Assembly (NCBI GenBank): GCA_963845185.1
Contig: CAWJRG010000005.1
Location: 704,001 to 768,000 of the forward strand
Source: an uncultured bacterium
GTDB taxonomy: Bacteria; Oederibacteriota; PGYV01; CAWJRG01
Length of the DNA: 64,000 nucleotides
Reading direction: 5' to 3'
The notes under the pieces were generated by a model that saw only the letters and a program-made list of their open reading frames with translations, searched no databases and was not told the origin of the DNA. A program made the translations under genes and the position numbers. This document shows, piece by piece, positions 43,301 through 52,225 of the stretch (positions are counted from its first letter, which is position 1; each line of letters begins with the position of its first letter).

Positions 43301-45095
43301 GTATCCTGTCATTGTTGTAATCGGAGACATACACATTTCCGCCGGCGTCTATTGCTATTCCATATGGATTTTCAAACTGCCCCGGATTGGTTCCGGCGTT
43401 GCCCCACTGGGTGATGTATGCGCCCGAACTGCTGAATTCTTCGATTCTGTTATTCTGCATGTCTGTTACATACACGTTTCCGCTACTGTCTATTGCTATT
43501 CCAACAGGCAAATAAAACTGCCCGTTGCCGGCTCCGTAACCGCCCCATTGGGTAATATACGCGCCTGAACTGCTGAATTCCTGTATCCTGTCATTATAAG
43601 TATCTGCGACATACACGTCTGTGCTGCTGCCACTGCTGCTATTATCTACTGCTGCTCCATATGGATATTCAAACTGCCCGTTGCCGGCTCCGTAACCGCC
43701 CCATTGGGTAATATACGTGCCTGAACTGCTGAATTCCTGTATCCTGTGGTTATCATAATCCACAGCATACACATTCCCGCTGCTGTTGCATACCGCCACT
43801 CCATAAGCAAATGCAAACTGCCCGTTGCCTGTCCCGGAACTTCCCCACTGTGTTATATATGTGCCTGTGCTGCTGAATTCCTGTATTCTGTTATTCTGCA
43901 TTTCCGCAACATACACATCCCCGCTGCTGTCTACTGCCACGCCTCTGGGTTCGTTAAACTGCCCGTTGCCGGACCCGCTGCTGCCCCATTGGGATATATA
44001 ACAAGGTGTCGGCCCGGAAATTAAAGTAGCTGTGTAAGTCGGTGTCGGCGATACCACAGGCGTATTTGTCTGCGTCGGCGTGTTTGTAATTGTCGGTGTC
44101 GTAGTACTTGTCGGCGTATTGGTTGAAGTTGAGGTCTGCGTACAATCCGGAGTAGGGGACATGTAAGGGCATACTCCAAACTTTTGGACCCTGCTGTTAT
44201 TCGTATCTGAAACATATACGTCCCCGCTGCTGTCTGCTGCTATTCCGGCAGGGCGGTTAAACTGCCCGTTTCCGCTTCCTGAACTGCCCCACTGGGTTAT
44301 GTAAGTGCCCGTGCTGGTGAATTCCTGGATCCTGTAATTATTCCAGTCTGTAACATAAATGTTTCCGCTGCTGTCTATTGCAATATTAGCAGGTTCGTTA
44401 AACTGCCCGTTGCCGGTTCCGAAATTACCCCATTGCGTTATATACGTGCCCGTGCTGCTGAATTCTTCAATTCTGTCATTTCCCATATCTGCAACATACA
44501 CGTCCCCGCTGCTGTCTATTGCTATTCCTTCAGGATAATTAAATTGCCCGTTGCCGGTTCCGCTGCTTCCTAATTGTGTTATATAAGTGCCTGCACTGCT
44601 GAATTCTTCTACCCTGCTGTTTTGATAGTCTGAAACATACACGTTTCCGCTGCTGTTTACTGCTATGCCCGAGGGCATGTTGAACTGGCCGTTGCCGCTT
44701 CCCGAACTGCCCCATTGGGTTATGTAAGTGCCTGTACTGCTTAATTCCTCGATTCTGCTGTTGCCGTAATCTACAATATACATGTCTCCGCTGCTGTCTA
44801 TTGCTATTTCTTCAGGCAAATAAAACTGCCCGTTGCCTGTCCCGTAACTTCCCCACTGCGCTATATATGCGCCCGTACTGCTGAATTCCTCGATTCTGTC
44901 GTTATACGCGTCTGCAACATACACGTTCCCGCTGCTGTCCAATGCCACCCCGCTGAGTTCATTAAACTGCCCGTTTCCGCTTCCGTTGCTTCCCCATGCA
45001 AGAATAAAGCAAGGCGGTGATGCAGCCGTTGCATGGGAACTTATTATGAAAAATGTAAATAAAAGAACCGGAAAATATTTCAGTAATTTTTTCAA
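40338..45095 (-). CDS. Large secreted protein: four NHL six-bladed propellers, Thr-rich linkers, C-terminal sorting-like domain
   Basis: TTG start after GGAGG; repeats GQF..P.GIA.DSSG.VYV.D..N.RI..F; PNPINP...IYTV...GTYYY...IIILK. Confidence 0.9.
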   Translation of the reverse strand: MKKLLKYFPVLLFTFFIISSHATAASPPCFILAWGSNGSGNGQFNELSGVALDSSGNVYVADAYNDRIEEFSSTGAYIAQWGSYGTGNGQFYLPEEIAIDSSGDMYIVDYGNSRIEELSSTGTYITQWGSSGSGNGQFNMPSGIAVNSSGNVYVSDYQNSRVEEFSSAGTYITQLGSSGTGNGQFNYPEGIAIDSSGDVYVADMGNDRIEEFSSTGTYITQWGNFGTGNGQFNEPANIAIDSSGNIYVTDWNNYRIQEFTSTGTYITQWGSSGSGNGQFNRPAGIAADSSGDVYVSDTNNSRVQKFGVCPYMSPTPDCTQTSTSTNTPTSTTTPTITNTPTQTNTPVVSPTPTYTATLISGPTPCYISQWGSSGSGNGQFNEPRGVAVDSSGDVYVAEMQNNRIQEFSSTGTYITQWGSSGTGNGQFAFAYGVAVCNSSGNVYAVDYDNHRIQEFSSSGTYITQWGGYGAGNGQFEYPYGAAVDNSSSGSSTDVYVADTYNDRIQEFSSSGAYITQWGGYGAGNGQFYLPVGIAIDSSGNVYVTDMQNNRIEEFSSSGAYITQWGNAGTNPGQFENPYGIAIDAGGNVYVSDYNNDRIQEFSSTGTYITQWGGFGNGNGKFYLPTGMASDSIGNVYVADMFNNRIQKFGLCPSSTQTITPTNTRILTQTSTATFTVTSTITQTVTGTSTITPTYTSTLVSGPTPCYVTKWGSSGSGNGQFYFPNGAATDSNGNVYIADTNNNRIQEFTGTGAYMTQWGTTGTGNGQFSYPYGIALDSIGNVYVADSNNKRVQKFTSTGTYITQWGSAGTGNGQFNWAYNIAVDNNSGNVYVTDSNNDRIEEFSSTGTYITQWGSFGTSNGQFISPEGIALDSSGNVYVADYINNRIQKFTNAGVYIIQWGTTGTSPGQFNGPEGLATDSGGNVYVSDSNNNRIEEFSSTGTYITQWGINGTGNAQFANPLGLAVDSSEDVYAVDSNNNRIQKFGPCAGSTPTVSMTPSITQILTQTQTSTPTFMLTNTPTVTFTQTPVFTATSTITPTVNPNPLCYSMEWGSYGGGNGQFNSPQGIAIDSGGTVYVADANNCRIQLFDTSGNYLGQWGTCGNGNGQLSSPQAIAVDNNGYIYITDAGNNRIEKFTSAGTYVTQWGSSGTGNGQFNHPWGIAVSSSGAIYVVDNGNDRVEEFDTSGNYIKQWGVLGGGIGWFNNPQGIVVDHNGNVYVADTGNFRIQEFYPDGFYESENNTILVAPIELAVDDSGALYGMDDCNIVRFTAGPTRFGVCGGGAGQFMNPNGLAVDGAGAAYVVDTNHNRIIKYGMCPPTATETITLSFTNTPSATQTNTIDISLLTTSATASLTATVTITVTPTLTITPSATTTITATPSVTQTWTSTASVTATLTWTPTLTLSFTDTPSVTPTVTLTNTVPPISTMTDTPAISPSITATPTMTPSATQSDTPVPIWTVTTTLTCPCAPAYTSTPTAEPAGPLTVGPVMPFPNPINPVIEQLKIMVNLTPGIDSITLKIYTVAYRLIREETFDGTGQNVEQVQGGVVLTCDSNLLNGLASGTYYYMVIAEKGGVKVRSKTDTIIILK

Positions 45096-45155
45096 TTTAA
45101 ATACCTCCGTTTGTATTTGTATTAAAAATCTTTGTGCTAAATCACGAATTATGCA

Positions 45156-45181
45156 TTAGACGTATTAATTATAATTTAGTT
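45156..45181 (-). promoter_or_regulatory. Putative ECF promoter shared with the GH9 gene
   Basis: AACT-N16-GTCTAA, same spacing as at 31794-31819. Confidence 0.45.
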
Positions 45182-45255
45182 TACCGCGCAATTGCAGCTT
45201 TCAATTTATCTTTTAAACCGCCTATATCTGTGCCAAATTAAATTTTCTCCCTTGA

Positions 45256-45407
45256 TTTCGTTTATTTTGCCAAGCCGTCAACAGTCGCATCATGTACTCC
45301 ATGCTTCTCATGGACATGTCAGAGTAATGATTCTGCTTCGCTGTTGACGCTCTCAAAATCAAACTCTGTCAAGCCGCTCAAGTCCAGGCCGCAGGTCCGG
45401 ACAAACG
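45256..45407. repeat. Intergenic repeat family B
   Basis: Colinear near-identity with 36309-36457. Confidence 0.85.
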
Positions 45408-45448
45408 GTATTTTCAGTTTTCAACTCCCAATTAACTGCTTCAATACA

Positions 45449-48400
45449 TTACTTTAATATAATAATCGTATCAGTCTTAGACTTTACCTTCACTCCGCCT
45501 TTTTCGGCTATTACCATATAATAATATGTACCTGAGCTAAAACCATTAAATAAGTTGCTGTCGCAGGTCAAAACTAATCCACCTTCTACCTGTTCTACGT
45601 TTTGCCCTGTTCCGTCAAATATTTCTTCCTTTATCAGTCTGTACGCCACTGTATATATTTTCAGAGTCATACTGTCTATATTGTTTTGCGACATATTAAC
45701 CAGTATTTTTAAAGGTGTTATTACAGGATTAATCGGGTTTGGATAAGGCATTACTGTCCCTACTTTCAGCGGCCCAGTCGGCGGCAATGTAGGTGTATTT
45801 GTCATTGTAATTGTCAGCGGTATTGTAGGCGTATCGGTCATTGTTATTGTGCCCATGGCTGTGTTTGTCGCTATCAATGTACAGGCGCACGTCGCTGTAT
45901 ATGTAGGGGTGGGTGATGGGAAGTAAACTACAATATATGTAGCAGTAATGGTGTATGTCCACACGCACGGCCCGCAAGTATATGTAGAAGTAATTGTAGG
46001 CGTGGCCGTCAGAGTGATCGCACCCGAAGTAATCGTCATAGTTACCGTACACGTATTCGTTATTGTCTGGATAAAGACTATTCCTGTTAGCGTCATCGTT
46101 ATCGTATATGTAGGTGTGTTTGATAAAACAGGCGATATGGTGGATGTAGGTGTAGCCGTATTTGTCGGCGTATTTGATACTATAGGCGATATTGTGCATG
46201 TCGGAGTTATGGTTGGAGACAAACATATTCCGAATTTTTCTATCCTGTTGTTATAATAATCCGCTACATATACTTCATCGCTTCCGTCTATTGCGATACC
46301 GGAAGGAGAATTAAACTGTCCGGCTCCGGTACCTCTTGTGCCCCACTGAGTTTTATATGTGCCGTCGGAGCTGAATTTTTGTATTCTGTTGTTATTTGGG
46401 TCGGCTACATAAAGCGCGCCACTGCTGTCAAATGCCATGCATAATGGGCCCTCAAATGCCCCGTTTCCCGTCCCCTGACTTCCCCACCTTGTAATATATG
46501 AGCCGGTTGACGAGAATATATCAATCCAGTTGTACATCCAATCGGCAACAAATACGTTGCCGTTGGCGTCTATTGCCAGTCCTACAGGTTCATACATTTC
46601 TCCGGGATAAACACCGTAAGTGCCGAATTGCCCCAGATATATGCCTGTTGAAGTGAATTCCTGTATCCTGCTATTGCCTGAATCAGCCACGTATACCGTG
46701 CCGGTGAGATTATTTACCGTTACTCCTGAAGGGCGGTTGAACTGGCCGTTGCCGGTACCACTTCCGCCCCATTGTCCCAGATATGTGCCTGTTGAAGTGA
46801 ATTCCTGTATCCTGTTGTTGCCTGAATCAGCCACGTATACCGTGCCGGCGGTACTTACAGCGATTAAATAAGGAGCGTTGAATTGCCCGTTCCCGCTTCC
46901 CGTGCCGCCCCACTGGGTTAAATAATTCCCCGAAGAGTCGAATTTCTCTATCCTGTTATTGCCAATATCGACCACATATACATTTCCGCCGGTATCAATG
47001 GCCAGTGAATACGGATTGTTAAATTGACCGTTGCCGGTCCCTGATGTCCCCCATTGAAACATATAACACGGCGGATTCGTGCTGATAAACATTGTCGCGG
47101 TAAAAGTCGGCGTGGCTGATACAACAGGCGATATTGTAATTGTATTTGTAATCGAATATGTCGGCGTTATCGAGTATGTATTTGTTATCGTGTATGTGGG
47201 TGTGTACGTCAAGACCGGCGATATTGTGCCTGATATTGTATATGTAGGCGTATTTGTAGCGGTTATAACAATGGCTGTATAAGACTTTGTTATGGTATAA
47301 GTCGGAGTGATAGTATTGGTAAAAACTATTCCTGTCAATGTCGGCGTAGGAGATATTATACCGGTTTGCGTCTGCGTAAAAGTGTCCTGCGGCGTGTTTG
47401 TAACAGTAGGTGAAAGATAACAGATGGTAAATGTCATCGTAATTGTGTATGTTACCGTAATTGTTGGCGTATTGGTGAATGTTGGCGAAATTGTAAATGT
47501 AGGTGTCTCTGATACTTCCGGTGAAATGGTGCTTGTCGGTGAAAATGTCAATGTAGGTGTTACCGAAGGCGTGGGCGTTGGACTGGATAAAGGCGCATCA
47601 TTTCCATTAGCGTCTGTTTTGATTAAATATACGTCATACCCGCCTGCGCCAAACGAGTTTGTATACCCTGCTATAATATACCCGCCGTCGCTCGTCTGTT
47701 GCACCGACTGTCCTTCATCATCGCCACTGCCGCCAAATGTCTGTGTCCATACACTATTCCCGCTCGCATCAGCTTTAATCAGATATACATCATTTCCTCC
47801 GGCTCCAAATGAGGCTGTATACCCTGTTGCTATGTACCCTCCATCGCCTGTCTGCTACACTGACCGTCCTTCATCATCGCCACTGCCGCCAAACGTCTGT
47901 GTCCAAACACTATTCCCGCTCGCATCAGCTTTAATTAGATATACATCATTTCCTCCGGCTCCAAATGAGGCTGTATACCCTGTTACTATATACCCTCCAT
48001 CGCCTGTCTGCTGCACTGAATAGCCGGCATCATCATTATTTCCACCAAAATGAGTATATGATTGCTGGTTCCCATTCGCGTCGGTTTTAATCAAAACGAC
48101 ATGATTATATTCCGGCACACCAAAGCCTAATGAATTTGTGCTGCCTGTAATAATATATCCCCCATCGTTCGTCAACTGCATCGAATAACCCCTATCGGTA
48201 GCATATCCATAGGTTTGGCTCCAAACACTATTCCCGTCTGCATCGGTCTTTATCAAAAATTCTTTAACCCACGAATTATTATTAATAGCAGTTCCTGCTA
48301 TTGCATACCCTCCATCGCTTGTTTGCCTTACTGAATAACCTGTAATATATTTGCTGTTGCTTCCGCCGAATTCAAAAGTCTGGGCCTGGGTCCATACACA

Positions 48401-48772
48401 ATCCCCGCTCGCATCGGTTTTTATTAAATATACAGGGGCAATAGTGCCAAAAGAATTTGTTGCCCCTGTTATTATATACCCGCCGTCGCTCGTCTGCTGC
48501 ACAGAATAGCCCCTGTCATTGCCGCTGCCGCCAAATGTCTGTGCCCATATGCAATCCCCGTTGCTGTCGGTTTTGATTAAATATACATCCATATCCCCTG
48601 CGCCATATGAGGCTGTGTACCCCGTTATTATATACCCGCCGTCTGATGTCTGCTGCACTGAATATCCCTCATCGTCCCCACTGCCGCCAAAGGTCTTTTG
48701 CCAGCAAAAGGCAGGGCTGCATATGAATAAAATTATTCCTGTTACCATTATTAAGACTATTGTTTTTTTCAT
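45449..48772 (-). pseudogene. Secreted beta-propeller (QT.DGGY repeats) + NHL propeller + Thr stalk + sorting-like domain, interrupted by in-frame TAG at 47855-47857
   Basis: ORFs 47855-48772 and 45449-47704 are in the same frame and the repeat continues through the TAG. Confidence 0.75.
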
Positions 48773-49015
48773 TGCCGCCGCCTTTTTATCCTTCTTAACC
48801 TAAACCTTATATATACAGTATATATGATAATTATTGTTTTTCAAGGTTTTTGTTGTGCAATAGGATATACAATATCAATTCAGTAAAGCAAACCTCCTCA
48901 ATCCTGTTGAGAAATACTTATTATAAATTCTTTGAACTCTCATCGTTGAATATTCCACTGGAATATTCAACCCCCCTTTGTTAAAGGAGGATTTAATGTC
49001 CGGGGGCAAAAAACC

Positions 49016-49044
49016 TTGACATGCATCGAGTTTTACCTTATAAT
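49016..49044 (+). promoter_or_regulatory. Consensus sigma70 promoter of the rpmH operon
   Basis: TTGACA-N17-TATAAT. Confidence 0.8.
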
Positions 49045-49102
49045 TCCCTCATAATTTAAAACCTTTTTTAAACTTTACTTATTAAAAAAACCGGAGAAAA
49101 AA

Positions 49103-49243
49103 ATGCCAAAAAGGACTTTTCAGCCCCACAGGAAAAGGGCAAAGAGAAAACACGGATTCTTACGCAGGATGTCTTCGCACGGAGGCCGCAGGGTCATTAA
49201 CGCGAGGCGGAGAAAAGGCAGAAAAAAACTTACCAGGGTATAG
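49103..49243 (+). CDS. rpmH: 50S ribosomal protein L34 (not in ORF track)
   Basis: [43 protein letters not shown]; canonical position. Confidence 0.95.
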   Translation: MPKRTFQPHRKRAKRKHGFLRRMSSHGGRRVINARRRKGRKKLTRV

Positions 49244-49261
49244 GATTTCAGGAGTTTTTCA

Positions 49262-49606
49262 ATTATCAATAAATTATCCACCAGGCAGCAAATACGTTTG
49301 TTAATGAAAACCGGGGTAAAAGTCCAGAATGAATTTTTTTCTGTTTTTGCGAATGCCAAAAACCCCGAAGCAAAAAAAAACGCGTTTTTTGTCGCTAATA
49401 TAGCAAAAAAATCAATAGCCAAAAGCGTGGACAGGAACCTTTACAAGCGCCGGATAAAATCAGTTTTTATCAACCACAGGGGTGAGTTTAAAAACCTGGA
49501 TGTTTTGATTATGCCCGGCAAAAAACTGAACACGCTGAAAAGCTTTGCTGAAATCGAGGAAAAATTGAATATTCTATTTAAGCAGCTTACAGGGAGGCAG
49601 GTATGA
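49262..49606 (+). CDS. rnpA: Ribonuclease P protein component
   Basis: KK....SVDRN..KRRIK motif, position between rpmH and yidD; start uncertain (ATT at 49262 proposed). Confidence 0.85.
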   Translation: MINKLSTRQQIRLLMKTGVKVQNEFFSVFANAKNPEAKKNAFFVANIAKKSIAKSVDRNLYKRRIKSVFINHRGEFKNLDVLIMPGKKLNTLKSFAEIEEKLNILFKQLTGRQV

Positions 49607-49812
49607 AAACAGTATTAATAGCCCTGCTTTCTTTTTATAAAAAATTCATATCCCCTTTCATGCCGCGCTCATGCAGGTTTTATCCCACATGCGCCGATTA
49701 TTCAAAGGAAGCTATAATTAAATACGGCGCGGCGCGCGGCGCAGTGAAGTCGATAAAAAGGATTTGCAAGTGTCACCCTTTTCATCCCGGCGGATATGAT
49801 CCCGTGGAATAG
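49603..49812 (+). CDS. yidD: Membrane protein insertion efficiency factor
   Basis: ISP....[23 protein letters not shown]. Confidence 0.95.
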   Translation: MKTVLIALLSFYKKFISPFMPRSCRFYPTCADYSKEAIIKYGAARGAVKSIKRICKCHPFHPGGYDPVE

Positions 49813-49906
49813 ACAGGAAAGAACAATTAAAATTGTCAATTAAGGTTTGTTTTTCATTGATAATTGAAACCTGATAATTGAAAATTATTTTAACCCGGAG
49901 GTTTTA

Positions 49907-51544
49907 ATGGACGATAATACAAAAAGGCTTTTGATATTCATAGCGCTGGCAGCAGGCATACTTTTCTTTTATAACAAGGTTTTCACGCCGCCCAACGCGG
50001 CAAGAAATTCCCAGCAGCCCGTCACGGCAGCGGTAAATTCATCCGGCGCTTCTTCCGGAGCCGCATCGCCTGCTATTGTAATGGAAACCAAACCGGCCTC
50101 AAAGCCCAAGTCTGAAAAAACATACACGCTTGAAAACGACCTTGTTAAAATTACCTTTTCAAATATAGGCGGGGGCATAATAAAAAGCTGCCTTTTAAAA
50201 AAATATTCGGATTCAGACAAGGGCAAAGAGCCGCTTGAGCTTGTTGCCGACAGTTCCTCGTATGATTACATGTCGCTTTCTTCCCCTTCACTTAAACTCA
50301 ATGAACTTGCGTGGAAAACTCCCGGTATAGGCATACGCGGCCAGGATACTGTAATATCCTTCTCAACCCAGTTGCCCGGCATGGAAATAGTACGGCAGTT
50401 CGTGCTTAAAAATTCCTCCTACGAGCTTGAATCCACGATAAAATTCATAAACAAGTCCCTTACCCCTGCAGCCATCCAGGATTTAAAACTCGAGTGGGGC
50501 CCGAACGTGCATTTAATGCCGCAGGAAGCCAAAAAAACAAACGTCGGCATGGGCCAATATAATTACAACAAAGTTATGTACATGGCAGCCAATAATTTAA
50601 AAACAATTAACTTAAAGCCGGTATCAGCCGAGACAATAAACGTGATTTCCGAAAAGCCCTCCTGGATTGTGCTCCGCGACCTTTATTTCATGAGTTCTTT
50701 TATTTTACAGGACACCGCGGCCGTAAAAAACGCCTATGTAAGACAAAATATTGACGGTTCAGGCACCATAGGCCTGAACTTTGAAAATATAATAGTGGAC
50801 AAATCCTCGGAAAAATCAATTACACTGGATTCCTTTATCGGCCCGCAGGAATACAAAAGGCTCCACACCGTGGGCCTGGAAAAAGTGATCGGCATGGGCT
50901 GGGTGAGGCTCCTCGGCGTAGGCATGCTGTATGCCCTCGAATTCCTTTATAGCATTACGCGCAACTACGGCGTGGCCATAATACTGCTGACGCTCATAAT
51001 AAGACTGCTGCTGTGGGCTCCGTCGCAGAACACTTACAAGCACATGAAGGACATGCAGAAAAAAATGAGCGTTATCAAACCCCGGCTGGATACCCTGCAG
51101 AAAATATACAAAAACGACGCGGCAAAACTGAACGAAGAAACAATGAAGCTTTACAAGGAATACAAGATAAACCCTCTCGGCGGCTGCCTGCCGTCATTGC
51201 TGCAGCTGCCCATATTCATAGCGCTTTACGCGACCCTCGTCAATATGGTCGAGCTGAAAGGCGCTGGTTTTGCCGGCTGGCTGACCGACCTGTCAAGCTA
51301 TGACAAATTTTATGTTTTGCCCGTGCTCATGGGTGTTACCATGTTTATCCAGCAGAAAATGACGACCACGGTTTCCACCACGCCCGAGCAGGTGGCGCAG
51401 CAAAAAATATTCATGTACGGCATGCCCGTGTTTTTTGCCTTCATGTCCCTGCACTGGCCGTCCGGCCTCTTGCTTTACTGGGCGGTCTCAAATGTACTTT
51501 CGATAATCCAGCAGGTTTTTGTCAATAAAACAAATATAGCTTAA
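49907..51544 (+). CDS. yidC: Membrane protein insertase
   Basis: NYGVAIILLT, INPLGGCLP.LLQLPIFIALY, WL.DLS, PSGL.LYW. Confidence 0.95.
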   Translation: MDDNTKRLLIFIALAAGILFFYNKVFTPPNAARNSQQPVTAAVNSSGASSGAASPAIVMETKPASKPKSEKTYTLENDLVKITFSNIGGGIIKSCLLKKYSDSDKGKEPLELVADSSSYDYMSLSSPSLKLNELAWKTPGIGIRGQDTVISFSTQLPGMEIVRQFVLKNSSYELESTIKFINKSLTPAAIQDLKLEWGPNVHLMPQEAKKTNVGMGQYNYNKVMYMAANNLKTINLKPVSAETINVISEKPSWIVLRDLYFMSSFILQDTAAVKNAYVRQNIDGSGTIGLNFENIIVDKSSEKSITLDSFIGPQEYKRLHTVGLEKVIGMGWVRLLGVGMLYALEFLYSITRNYGVAIILLTLIIRLLLWAPSQNTYKHMKDMQKKMSVIKPRLDTLQKIYKNDAAKLNEETMKLYKEYKINPLGGCLPSLLQLPIFIALYATLVNMVELKGAGFAGWLTDLSSYDKFYVLPVLMGVTMFIQQKMTTTVSTTPEQVAQQKIFMYGMPVFFAFMSLHWPSGLLLYWAVSNVLSIIQQVFVNKTNIA

Positions 51545-51556
51545 AAAGGATAAAAA

Positions 51557-52201
51557 ATGACCCAGTCAAGGAAGACATGCGGGACAATCTCAGGTGCGGT
51601 AAAAGAATTCTTGACCGAGAACAACCTCGGCCTTGACTGCGTAACCGCAAACCTTGTGTGCGAAAAGATATTCACCGACAAAAAGGAATACACGCTTGAA
51701 TTGTGCAGGAGAATAAAACAGGAACGCAAATACCCGGAAATACAGGAATGCGACATCACCTTCATAGAATCAACAATAAACCATTTGCTCAGCCTTATGA
51801 AATTCATCGATTTTACCGTCACTCATTGTATTGAAAACGACATGGCCATAATAAAAATATCCGCGCCGAACAAGGACGGCCTTCTCATAGGGAAAAACGG
51901 CCAGAACCTGCTTGCCTTGCAGTACCTGCTCTCGATAATACTCGACAAAAAACTGAAAAAGCACGTCCCTTTTGCCGTAAACGTCGATTCATACATGGAA
52001 AAAAGATGCGCATACCTCAAGGGCCTGGCCAGGACGCTCGCCGAACGGGTCATTCAGGAAAACTCCGAAGCCGTAACTGATTACCTGCCTGCTTACGAGC
52101 GCAAGATAATCCACGAGGAAATTTCGTCAATGCAGCCCCTGAAAACATTCAGCGTAGGCAGGGGGCCTTATAAAAAGGTTGTAATAACGGCTTTATTATG
52201 A
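51557..52201 (+). CDS. jag: Jag/KhpB RNA-binding protein (KH + R3H)
   Basis: GLLIGKNGQNL.ALQYL, ERKIIH, T.S.G; position after yidC. Confidence 0.85.
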   Translation: MTQSRKTCGTISGAVKEFLTENNLGLDCVTANLVCEKIFTDKKEYTLELCRRIKQERKYPEIQECDITFIESTINHLLSLMKFIDFTVTHCIENDMAIIKISAPNKDGLLIGKNGQNLLALQYLLSIILDKKLKKHVPFAVNVDSYMEKRCAYLKGLARTLAERVIQENSEAVTDYLPAYERKIIHEEISSMQPLKTFSVGRGPYKKVVITALL

Positions 52202-52225
52202 GCAATCTTGGGTAACGGTGCGTTC

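Noticed and set aside
45219..45236. sigma54 promoter TGGCAC...GC upstream of the NHL gene
   Set aside because: GG-to-GC spacing is 11 rather than 10 and TTGC is absent
39400..47080. CRISPR array or DGR template/variable repeats
   Set aside because: The repeats are in-frame 47-codon NHL units without unique spacers; differences are not visibly adenine-specific; no cas or reverse transcriptase gene
38853..48772. Genome-wide TAG recoding or pyrrolysine to explain the in-frame ambers
   Set aside because: TAG terminates well-defined genes here (ftsK, rpmH, yidD, transposase); the two sites correspond to different expected residues; no pyl genes or CUA tRNA in the window
49120..49422. 100-aa minus-strand ORF
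   Set aside because: Antisense to rpmH/rnpA
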